The translations under genes and the position numbers were made by a program. Shown one piece after another: positions 12,047-22,679 of a stretch of DNA of 64,000 nucleotides. Every line of letters begins with the position of its first letter. The stretch's first letter is position 1. Source of the DNA: Eukaryota sp. TZLM1-RC. Its lineage: Eukaryota; Protista; Metamonada: BaSk clade. The DNA is taken from assembly GCA_040285825.1 (NCBI GenBank), contig JAUPSS010000008.1, forward strand, positions 124,001 to 188,000, read 5' to 3'. The notes beneath the pieces were generated by a model. It saw only the letters and a program-made list of their open reading frames with translations. It had not been told where the DNA came from and ran no database searches.

Positions 12047-14568
12047 ATGTCGTTTGCTGTTTCATTTGATACTGATAATACGGGCCGTTTGCAGTCCTTA
12101 TTGAATATCAATTATCCACTCGTCGTTTCGCTTAATGACTACCTAACACACACCGGTGTCTACCTTGTGAACGACCCAAGTTCTAAACTTTTGTACTTAT
12201 TGAATACTTCCTTTATCTGCTTCACTGATGTATCGCCTTCTTTTCCAATTTGGCAAGAGGAACCAATAATGGATTACATTGTCTTTGTACAATCAGTACT
12301 ACAAGAACTGCCTAATTCCTCTGCTTTAAATGCCCTTCTTGAATCTTCATACTTTGTCGAACTGTTTAACGTTGTCGGAAGCAAGCTCTGTCGTCATATT
12401 CTTACATCTATTCTTTTTGTCCCTGGTTCCATTCTTTCCAATAGAAATTCTTCTTTTCTTGTTGCCCTTAATCAATTTTCAAGAGGTTGTCGTTCAACTT
12501 CTTCAAGTCCGTCTAAATCGAATTCTGAAACTATTTCAATCAACAGAATACCACTTTATACTTTTCATTCTTCTTGGCCACCAAGTATTTTTAAAAAGAA
12601 TAGTTGTCTGTTTGAATTTGTCTTTAAAACCAAACTCCCAAAGAGAATGAATAATTTAATGAAAGGAATGTTTAACATGTTAAAATCTCTCCAGACCAGA
12701 GTTTTGAATGGAGGCCCTTTTCTTCTTCGTATTTTGGACGAAGTCAATAGTCTCAATAGTAACAGTAGTTCTGTCTTGGATTCAAATGTTTCTGCAAGTT
12801 CTTTGTTACAATCCAAAGTATATCAAATTGTTTTAAGATGCTTTAATCGAATTGTCCATTTTTCTTTATTTGGAAAAAATAATAAGGCGGCTATTCAAAA
12901 AAATTATTTAATTTTGTTTTTAGATTGAAATACGAAGAAATTTCAATTGACCACCTGGTTCATGGACTTAAACTTAAAGAAATCCCTTGGTTGCATTTCA
13001 ATCAAGGTTCTGTGAATAGAACTGGATATCATCTACGAAATCAGTATTTTTTAAAGTTTATTGGCTTTTTATTTAACTATATTGTTAATCCTATACTTTC
13101 CTTTGTTTTTTATATAACTGACGTTGCTTCTTTTGGTCGTAAAATATTTTTCTTCAGTCATCACTTTTGGAAATCTGTGTGCAGGAAGTTTTTTCATTCA
13201 AATCTTATCAGGGTCAAAAAATCATTACTTATTGACTGTTGTCATTCAAGAAGTTTAAAATGGTCACGTTTACGATTTTACATCAAATCAAATGGTCAAA
13301 TTAGGCCCATTATTGACCCAATGTCACGTGTTTCGTCCAAATTAAGACATTTTCATTTAGGATCCAGAAATTCTAGGAGAGCCACGTCTACTATTATGAA
13401 AGGCAATGATCAAAAATTTATCAATTTAAATGATTCATTGTCTGTTTTGTTTAGAATACTGTCGTCGATTGCTGGCTTCTATTCCGAAAATCTGCCAAAT
13501 AGTAGCTCAATTTCCTGTTTGTCTAATTTTTTGAATGGAATTGTTGACTTGAAACATTCATATCCAAACGCCAAATGGTTCGCTGTTCAATTGGATATGA
13601 AGGGTGCTTTTGATAACATTAAACATGATATTTTGTTTGAAATTGTCAGCAAGTACCTGTATAAAAGTAGTTATAAACTTCAAGAACTTTTAATTTTGAA
13701 AAAATCTAAAGGAAATTCTGTTTCTTTTCATCGGGATTATTATTTGCTAGACAATTGGCGTAATTCAACTCTTCGAAATTGTGTTGTCTTTCCATCTGAG
13801 AATTATAAATTTTATTCCAGACCAGAATTGCTTACCTTATTTAAAACTTTTTTAAATAATATTTTTGTTGAATTAAATTGTAATTGTTGCTATAAGTTTA
13901 AACAAGGTGTTCCTCAGGGTTTCAAAGTTTCTTCATTACTTTGCTCACTATTTTATTACGAAATGGAACAACGTTTCTTGCATAAATTTCTCAATTCTAC
14001 CAATAATTCTTTCAAATTATTTAGATTTGTGGATGATTGGATATTTTTAACTATTAATGAAACAATTGCCATCCAGTTTGTTCAATCTCTTTGTCATGGT
14101 TTTGGGCGATTTTGTTCAATTATCAATTGGAATAAGACAAAGTTGAATTTCTCGCCTCTTTCCAAAAAAATTTTTGATTCCACTACTGTTAGTTTTTGTG
14201 GATATTTGATCGATTCTGATTTGAATTTGACGGCCTCTTCATTGATCAATTTTGACCAAGGTAATCATCTATCGTTTATCAAAGTTCCTTCAACAAAAAT
14301 TGGACGGTTTTTGTTAAATTATGTTCGTGGTCTGAATCTTTCTTTTATAACAAGTGACAGCAATAGTCTAAATTTGATTAATTTTTTCCATCTAAATTGT
14401 TTAAAACTAAAAGTAACCTGTTTTAAACACTGTATTTCACAGAGATTTTTGAATTCTTTAATTAAAAAACTATACCAACGTGTTTGTCAAGTATGGAATC
14501 CAAACCAATCCACAAAATTTAAGCTTTGTGGTATTGTTCGAATGGTATTACGAAATAAAATAAAATAA
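12047..14568 (+). CDS. TERT: Telomerase reverse transcriptase (ORFs 12047-12928 and 12925-14568 joined by a 1-nt frameshift at the A7 run 12897-12903)
   Basis: TEN-like start, QFP region, T motif (FYITD...IFFF...W), motifs 1/2 (RLRF.IK...RPII), A (LDMKGAFDNI), B' (GVPQG...SSLLC), C (LFRFVDDW), E (FCGYLID). Confidence 0.93.
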
Positions 14569-14622
14569 ATCAATACTGTAATACTAGTTTTTTATTTGCT
14601 CAGTATGTGGTGTATATACAAC

Positions 14623-15385
14623 CTAGTCCCGTTCAGCAATAGCAGTAAGCAAGTTTTCAACCTCTGGATCTGTCAAATAACGAACAGTGCAATCCTCAAC
14701 ATTACAAGAAACAATTTCAACATCCATGGCTCGAACAGATTCTCCAAGCAGTGTAATCATTATTTCAAGGCAGGATATAATTGTCCAGTCACTACTCCGA
14801 TGCCCTTCTTCCAATCTAATTTTCTTTTCCAGAAGGTTCTGGGCTTCAAGATCTTTCGATCCGGCAGCAATTCCGTGAAAACCAGCAACATGACCAGAGG
14901 GATCGACACGATAAATCTTGGCACCATCCACTGGATCACAACCGGCAAACAGGGCAATTAGTCCAAAAGGTCGGATCCAGGCGTATTGAGTATAAACCTG
15001 TGCTCTGCTGCCCATTTCGTTTGCAAGTACATCAACGGGAATAGAATAACCCCACTTGTGTTTGAAGGAAGATGCAGTATCTCGCGCATAGTGAATGAAT
15101 AGTTGAGCATCAGAAGATCTTCCAGTGGTACAGCACACGATAGATGGTGTGATTTGGTGAATTGATGTGACAGTGGAAGGATCGACCAGCTTGTCCTAGG
15201 ATTAAAATGTGACATGTACGTACAGGAATCTTCTTCTGTGAAACAAGACAAAAAGAGGTGGAGTCTCGGATTCCTATGCTGGTGAGACCAGCGTTTTTGA
15301 CTGCATCGAAAGCATACTCAACTTGAAAGAGTCGCCCTTCGGGAGAAAAGACTGTGATATGACGATCGTATCCTGAGGAAGCCAT
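14623..15385 (-). CDS. PSMA6: 20S proteasome subunit alpha1 (PSMA6 type); one 28-nt intron at 15196-15223
   Basis: [22 protein letters not shown] signature; removing GTACGT...CCTAG joins QKKIP to DKLVDP in frame. Confidence 0.95.
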
Positions 15386-15629
15386 AAGGATGAAATGCTT
15401 GTTGAAGTAATTACTTGTCTAGATCAAATGGATGGATTTTTTTCTGAATGACTGATAACGAATCTATTGACGTTACTGTTGATGTATTAGATTTTGAAGA
15501 ATCCCTTCAAACTTCATCGGCAACACTAACTTCGCCAAAGAAGAAAAACATTTCGTGTTGAAGGTATGGTTAAAAAACGATGAAATTAAAGTCCATAAGA
15601 CTCTGAAATCAAAAAAGTCGAATTTTTTT

Positions 15630-16305
15630 TACCAAAATTTTTATTTATTCCAACAAAAACAAACTATACGACAAGGTTAAAATTCTATGTCTTCATAACC
15701 CAAATCAGCCAAGAAGAATTGACTGGAAGTTTTTCTTTCATAAAAGCGTTCAAGAGATAACATAGCTGAAGATAAAAAGGGACCAACACCCTTGAAGATT
15801 GAAAATACGATTCTGTTTTCCCAAAAACTCTTGTCAAAAACTCTTCCAGTACGTTGTTTCACAATTTCAACAAAATCATCCAGAAAAGATAAAGCAAGAG
15901 GTCCAAGCGTTCCATAAAGGGAAACTGCAAAAGGACAGAGGACATAATGAGTATGCGATTCTGCATTCAAGGATAACAATTTTGCTTTACATTTGTCAAT
16001 TTTGGCTTTTTCGGATACAGTCAAGGGGTCTTTACATTTTGATTGAGCCATTGGAATAAAGGAATCATTACAGACATCAGTGGATCTCAAATCTGTAATA
16101 ATGGTAGTACCTTCAAGACCTTCAAGCATTAAATCACCACTATTTCGACCAAACGAATTCAAAGTATCTTCATCAACCAAACGGGAAAGTAATAATTCTA
16201 AATATGAAACAATTCTATGTGATTTTGACATACAATAGAGTTAATCTCTTACTGCATCATGAACTTTTGATCGGAAAGTAATAAAATGTTTACAATTGAA
16301 TAAAT
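15630..16305 (-). mobile_element. 5'-truncated CRE retrotransposon (RLE), family D
   Basis: FNCKHFITFRSKVHDAVRD, GDLMLEG, PFAVSLYG, WENRIVFSIFK, ends GYEDIEF*. Confidence 0.85.
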
Positions 16306-16309
16306 TTTT

Positions 16310-18530
16310 TTTTCTTCCTCTACATATAACCGTTTAACTTAAAACCTGGCTGAACCGCGATCATTGCTTCTAATCTTTCTTGTTGATGCCTGAATCAGTT
16401 TCAGATTCTAATGGAGTCAAAAGAAAGAACGATAGACAACAAGATGCTCAAGACGTCCTTTCCACCTCTCCTCCTCAACCTTTTCTCTCTTCATTTTTGG
16501 ACAAAAAAAATTCTGATCAAGAATTTTTAGACAATCACGATGAAAACAAAGTTTGTTCAAAAACAAAGCCACGCTCCTACAAATGCTCAAAGTGTCGACA
16601 ACAGGGACATAATGCTCGAACATGCCCCAATGTTGGAAAAAATGATGTGGCAAAATCTGAAACAAAATGTAAAAGAAAATTTATTAGAAGGAAAGAGTCT
16701 AAGGTAGAACCCATAAATGATGCTCCACACGTTGTTGCAAAACCAGTGAGCAATCGATTGAAGCACAAAACTTGCAACAATTGTGGTATTTCTTTTAGAA
16801 AAAATGCAAAAGGAAAAACTTCTGATCGCTGCTTGAAATGCCGCATAGTTGATAACTACCATCCTCCTATAAGAATACCTCAAGAAATTCATCCAACCAA
16901 ATGCAATGAATTTGCTTTCGTTTTTCAAAGATTTTTGGATCAATTATGTAAAGGAAAGTATGCTATCAATATTATTTGGGAATTTTTTGGTTCTTTTTGT
17001 CCTCCTTTTGAACAAAATTTCGTTAATATTTCCGAAGATTTAACTAATATAGCACCGAGAAATCAGTCATCCGAGAAATTAAGTGAAATTTTTGAAGACA
17101 AATGCTTTGACAACAAATGGTCCAAGGCTTTGTCAGCTTTAAGTCCCGGAGTTAAAGCACCGAACAATGAAAATACAATAGATAAACTGAAAATACTTCA
17201 TCCTTATGAAGACCCTATAATGGAGCAAAATTTTTACGGCACATACTGGGAAAATTATCCATTGATGCCATCAGAAGTTTTTTCGGTTATCAAAAAGAGA
17301 CCTCGTGGTAAATCTGCCGGACTTTCTGGTATTACTATTGATCATGTAAAAGCCGCGATTATTTCTTCAGAAGTTTGCCTTGGTTTATTGACCAAATTTT
17401 TCAACCAAATATTATCTGGTCAACGCAAATACCCAGAAGAATTAAGAAGTTCTCGTTTGACTGCACTTGTCAAAAATTCACAAATGGATGTTCGTCCTAT
17501 TGCAGTCTCTGAGAGCTTACACAATATTTTTTCTGCATGTTGCTTAAGCAGGTTCAATGAAAAAGCTAAAAAGATTTTATTACCCTTTCAATATGGTATA
17601 AATACTACAGATGGAGTCTCTTCAGCGATTTTTGCTACTGATGTCTTATTTCGTCAAAATGAATCCAATGTTTGCATGTCATTGGATTTTAGTAATGCTT
17701 TCAATTCACTAAGTCGTCGCAGTATCCATGGTGCTCTATTGCAATATATGCCGGAATTAATACCATATTTTCAATCAACATATTGCACATATTCTAATTT
17801 ACATTTTGGTAACAACATTTTGAGTTCATCAAGTGGCGTAAAGCAAGGAGATCCGTTGGGACCTCTTTTGTTTTGTTTGGCCATTCATCCTATTCTACTG
17901 CAAATTCAAGAGATGTTTCCTTCACTAAAAATGATTGCATATATGGATGATGTTGTGCTTATTGGTGATTTAAATATTGTGAAAAAAGCAACTGTATGTT
18001 TTAAAGAATTATTTACCAAAATTGGTCTCCGACTTAATTTACTTAAATGTGTTTTGTTATCGAATTCTCCAGTTTCCACAAGTTTGACTTTGTCTCATGT
18101 AATGTTGCAAACGATACTTTGGTTCACAGAAGAAAACTTAATCCTGTGGCTGCTCTGGATTTTAAAGCAAAAGAAAAACATAGAAAATATGATAAAGAAA
18201 TTGAAGATGCAAATGTCGATAGAAATACACAGCTGGTTTTTATTGCTTTCCCATTTTCGATAAATGGAAGATTATCAGTTGAAGCAGAACTTTTTTGGAT
18301 GACTTCCAAAAAATGGTGAAAGAAAAAACAATGAAAAAATTTGATATTTTTTTATGGCGTTCACGGATTCAATTTGCCATTATTAATAGATTACCGCGGT
18401 TTTTCAATCGAATTAGAGAAGCTTTAGCTAGACAGCAAGCAAATCAAGATTTTGTAGAGGAAATCTTGGTTTAATGATAGTCGTCCCATTAGTTATGATT
18501 TAATTTAATCAAGTGTGCAAATTCAATAAA
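16310..18530 (+). mobile_element. CRE retrotransposon with N-terminal zinc knuckle and RT, joined at ~18080 to a family A RLE/3' end (internal deletion or fusion)
   Basis: CSKCRQQGHNARTC, CNNC..CLKC, VRPIAVSE, LDFSNAFNS, GVKQGDPLGPLLF, YMDD; then an abrupt jump to sequence matching 92-540. Confidence 0.9.
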
Positions 18531-18990
18531 TACGATTGAATAAATGATTTGGAGATATTTTTGATCCACATTTACAAATCAAGTTATGAGGCACGTTATC
18601 AGGCCAAATAAAACAACGAAGGCGCATTGTACAAGAAAATTCAATATCATTTAAAAGGAGACCATAAATTTGAGGAATCTGAGTAATTAAACACGAAGAG
18701 GAACTGTTTTGGGCATCTAACAAAAAATTTGCGAAAGCGGGATTATCTTTTTTGGTCGAGCCAAGACGAACAAATCCAAACCTTCAAAAATTATTTTTAA
18801 CTTTTGTTGCAATTTTTTAACACAGTACCTCAAATTAACTAGTGCTCTAGATGGTATTTCCTGCACATTGTCGGGAAAACATTTACTCCAGATTTCGGAG
18901 GACAAACAATCAAGAGCATTTTGCAGGTCTCTAAGAAAATTATTGCTTGTAGAATTCAATAAATTAACATCATTGGGAAAACGGTTGCAA
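18531..18990 (-). mobile_element. CRE fragment (post-RT linker to zinc knuckle)
   Basis: MRLRCFIWPDNVPHNLICKCG...HLFN, homologous to other copies. Confidence 0.75.
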
Positions 18991-19924
18991 AAAAAGTCGA
19001 ATTAGTTTGTTATGTTATAAATTGTAAGTAAAATGTTTTGTTGACACCTACATAAGAAATACATAATATAATATAACATTTTTTCAATCACTTAATGAAT
19101 AAAACAAACCACTTCGAGCAAATACTGCTACATTGTCAAAAAAATGTTTCTAGAATTGAAAGGTTGATTCTGTCAGTTGTTTTTGAGGTTCATGTTGTAT
19201 GAAACTGTGCGACGAAAAAGTTCGCTAAAAGAGGAACCAAGAAACATTCTGGTAACCATGGCTGGTCGCTGTGTCGCTGGCAAGATGGAGTTGGACATGC
19301 TTAAGTAAAGGTGAATTGAAAAAGCAATGATGTATAGAAACCTTGAGACACCTTCTCACAACTTGTGTAGTACACGAGAGTGGAAATGGAAATGGAACCC
19401 AAAAGGAAAAAAAGTAATCTTGTACCCAATAGTTGGTCTATTAATAGAACTCCCTTGATGAATTTGGTAGACTTAACAGACTTTTTTCCGAGCATGAGAA
19501 TGAGAGAAATGGTGTTTCAAATTCTGTTTTGGCTACGAAACAAGCGTATTCAAAGTTTTGTCACCAATGACAATCTTGTCGTGTTGAAATTGAAATTCTA
19601 TTTGCTTTAAATCTATTTTTACAAATACATTCTAGAAATCAATATCTTCAAATCAAGACAAGACTTAGTCATAATAATGAGTAAGAATGAACAAAGACGT
19701 CTAGCAATTGCAGAATTAGTAGAATCATCAGAAAGTGCAACTAACAAGAGAACAAGAAAACAAATTTCAAAGCTCTTGGAAAAGGATGAATTGGGCAACT
19801 GAAATGTTCAGTAAGTAGTTCCATGGGGTTTGAGATAGTGTAATCAATGCAAAACTTTCTGGAATCGAGATACTAAAAGATCTGATGTTGGCTGAAGACA
19901 TTCTGGATGGGAGAGAGAAATCAG

Positions 19925-20066
19925 AGGTGTTCAATTTGCAATACTTCAACCACATACATATTTAGTGGATATGTATGTAGTTGAAGTATGGATATTATCC
20001 ACATGTCTAAACTTAACCATCCCGAGATGATCGGCTTAGATCAAAATACGTAGGGTTTGAAGACTC
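19925..20066 (-). ncRNA. Candidate Fanzor omegaRNA scaffold
   Basis: Directly 3' of the Fanzor stop. Hairpin UCUAAGC-C-GAUCAUC-UCGG-GAUGGUU-AA-GUUUAGA, a 21-bp hairpin at 19941-19989 and terminal motif AAUUGAACACC. Homologous to 40430-40530. Confidence 0.6.
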
Positions 20067-20720
20067 TTACTGAGGTCTACTAAAAGCTAGGGGTCTTGTG
20101 TTCAAAAAGTACTCGCTTACTGCAATCTTCCACTGGTTTCTCGATGCAGAGATATCTCTTGACCAAACCACCCTACATTCTGGACATGTAAAATAGGCTT
20201 TAGGCTTTTCATTTCTCCATTCTCTACAAAGTAAAGGTCTTCATGGAAAACTTTGCAACACTTCACTTTGTCAATGTGTAGTATTCATCGCCATTCTTCA
20301 CGGTTGGAAATCGAGCATGGAGATACTTAAGAAAACGCTTTCTTGGTGTTTTCACTCTTTGACGGGATGATCCATCACCTCCTTTCTCAAACCAAATAAT
20401 AACTTCACGATTTTCAGGTTTGTTTTTGATTTTCTGGACAAAATGGCTGAATCTCTTTTGGCGATGGATAAAAAAGTCGAAGCGATTACGGCGAATAGTT
20501 TTACTTTTTCCTTTATGTAGATGGTGGTTCAATAAACTATGTCTTTCAGTGCTGTCTCTGTGAGGATTCACATTAAGCCACTGTTCCTTTTCAGTATGTT
20601 GAGTAACATCAACCAACTCTGTTGCCATTGCAATCAGATACTGATAATAGCGCTGAACAGTAGTAGGAGTTTGGAGTCGGTTGGCTCAACGGAGGAGGAG
20701 TTGTTATCGAGCGAGGCCAA
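20067..20720 (-). pseudogene. Fanzor (TnpB-like) nuclease, C-terminal half, frameshifted (subfamily X)
   Basis: RRNRFDFF..RQKR, VIIWF..GG, KTPRKRFL, GDEYYT (RuvC-II), KCC..CPEC zinc finger, WSRDISASRNQ (RuvC-III), RPLAFSRPQ*. Confidence 0.8.
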
Positions 20721-20752
20721 CAACTCTCTCCTCAATTTTCTCTATGTCTTTT

Positions 20753-21482
20753 TTTTACAAATTGAAATTTATTTTCAACGCTAACAAAACATTAAACAAA
20801 AAGCTAGAACTCAATATCCTCAATGCACGCATCTACATCATCAAATCTTTTCAGCGCGCGATTTTCATACTCTATTCCTAATTGTAACAGTGCTTTGGTC
20901 AACATTTCTGGAATTGCTTTAAGAATACTAAAAACAATTCTATTGTGCCAGAAATTGAAGTTCAATTCTTTTCCTGCACTTTCTTTTATTAAACTTCTGA
21001 AATCTTCAAGAAATTTAATGCCAGATATTCCAATGTTACCAAAAAGAGAAACAGCAAATGGAACCAACTGGTACTTGACATGCTCAACACGTCCTAGCTG
21101 AGATAAGGGTTCATTGTACTTTTTGATTTTGCCCTTTTCAGCAAAGCAAAGTGGAGTTTCATCTCTTTTAGCAAAATCAATTGCTGAGTCTTTACAAACA
21201 TCAACAGTAACAACATCAACAACTCTAATAACACCATCAGACGCAGGGGTAATTAAATCAGCACGGCGTTTCCCAAAAGTATTTTCATCTTCATTTTCAG
21301 ATGACAACCTTCGCACAAGTGGTTCAGCAAAAGCTTCAATGTGATGACTTTTGCACATAGCGTATAGTTGGTCTCTAACAGCATCGTGAACAACTGAGCG
21401 ATATGTAATATTAAATTTGCAATTAAATAAATGATTCAGATTAATGAGCTGACCACAACGACAAATCAAATCATTTGGCACA
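20753..21482 (-). mobile_element. 5'-truncated CRE family B insertion with 11-bp TSD
   Basis: Intact RLE ORF (CRCG..HLFNC, HDAVRD, RRADL, VVDV, KKY); A-rich tail; TSD CTATGTCTTTT at 20742-20752 and 21483-21493. Confidence 0.92.
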
Positions 21483-22372
21483 CTATGTCTTTTATCACGG
21501 CTCTCCTTATATTCTCACTTATATTCTCAATTGAAAAGTAGCCTTTACCAAATCAATTTCCAAATTTGTTTAGCGGTTCCGGCTGATATAGAAAGTAAAT
21601 TATTTCTCAGAAGTTTTTTCATTAAATTAGTACAATTTCAGCAGAATAAGTAGTAGCTTAAAACATGAAATAAGAACAAAGGTTGTTAGAGTTTGCAATT
21701 CGGCACAAACCAGAGTTTACAAACCAAATACTGACTGGATTGATCTCAATTCATGTTGATTTTCACTTGAGGTTTTTACTAAGATTGCAAAGTTCTATTA
21801 GTGACAACGCAATGATCTATTATTTTTGCATTAAATGAAGAAATTTTACAAAGTGGACACTGAAAAATAAAAAGTGGAATCGATAATTTCCTCAATCACT
21901 CAATAGTAGTGTTCCTGAACAAAATTATTTTATTTTAAAATCCACGCTTAGAACATTGCAGGAACGAAAGACCAAAATGTATGAAGCTGATCTTATTCAA
22001 ATTGTATGCAGCTCAGCTGTTTTAGCTCAAGATCCTCATTCATTACTATTAGAAAAAAGTGTTTGTGAGAACAAGTCATCAGACTCATCACTATTTGTCA
22101 CCATTGTACCACAAGGTTGGGGCTATGTATGAAAATTTTGTGACAAAAATGATAATATATCTGTTTCACCATTGACCAACTTCTGTGAGAGCAACATGTT
22201 ATTGTTATAATTCATTGCAGTTCACCTTACGTCATGGTTTTAATTGTCCCAAATTGATAACTTGTCGTTCTTGATTACATGTTGTTAATTCTTTTCCGTT
22301 TTTCATAAACGGAAGACTGTCAGTAGAAGCAGAAAATTTTTGGAATGATTTCCAAAAATTGGTTAAAGAAAA

Positions 22373-22679
22373 AAATGATGATATTTGATTTCTTTTCATG
22401 CAGCTTTCGAATTCAATTCACCATAATTTTTTTAACTGGAATATTTATTGAGATAAAAAAACATCTATCTAGAATTCAATAACCTCCAAACAAGCATCAC
22501 TATTGCTGAACCTACTCACAGCATTAAATGATGATATTTGATTTCTTTTCATGCAGCTTTCGAATTCAATTCGCCATAATTTTTTTAACTGGAATATTTA
22601 TTGAGATAAAAAAACATCTATCTAGAATTCAATATCCTCCTAACAAGCGCCACTATTGCTGAACCTACTCACAGCATTA
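22373..22679. repeat. 153-bp tandem duplication spanning the tail-to-tail junction of two CRE fragments
   Basis: AAATGATGATATTTG...CACAGCATT starts at both 22373 and 22526. Confidence 0.85.

Noticed and set aside
12818-12923. Intron as the explanation for the TERT split (TTTTTAG at 12917-12923)
   Set aside because: No GT donor at the 28-34 nt distance seen for the other introns; more distant donors would delete conserved QFP residues.
10250-15420. Telomeric repeats or telomerase RNA near TERT
   Set aside because: No tandem TTAGGG-like array or recognisable template RNA seen.
16380-18263. RTs as group II intron, retron or DGR enzymes
   Set aside because: Zinc knuckles, C-terminal RLE domains, A tails and TSDs identify them as eukaryotic non-LTR elements.
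19000-22260. Possible transposase/recombinase remnants at 19000-19900 and 21500-22260
   Set aside because: Only vague coding-like stretches; no diagnostic motif could be supported.
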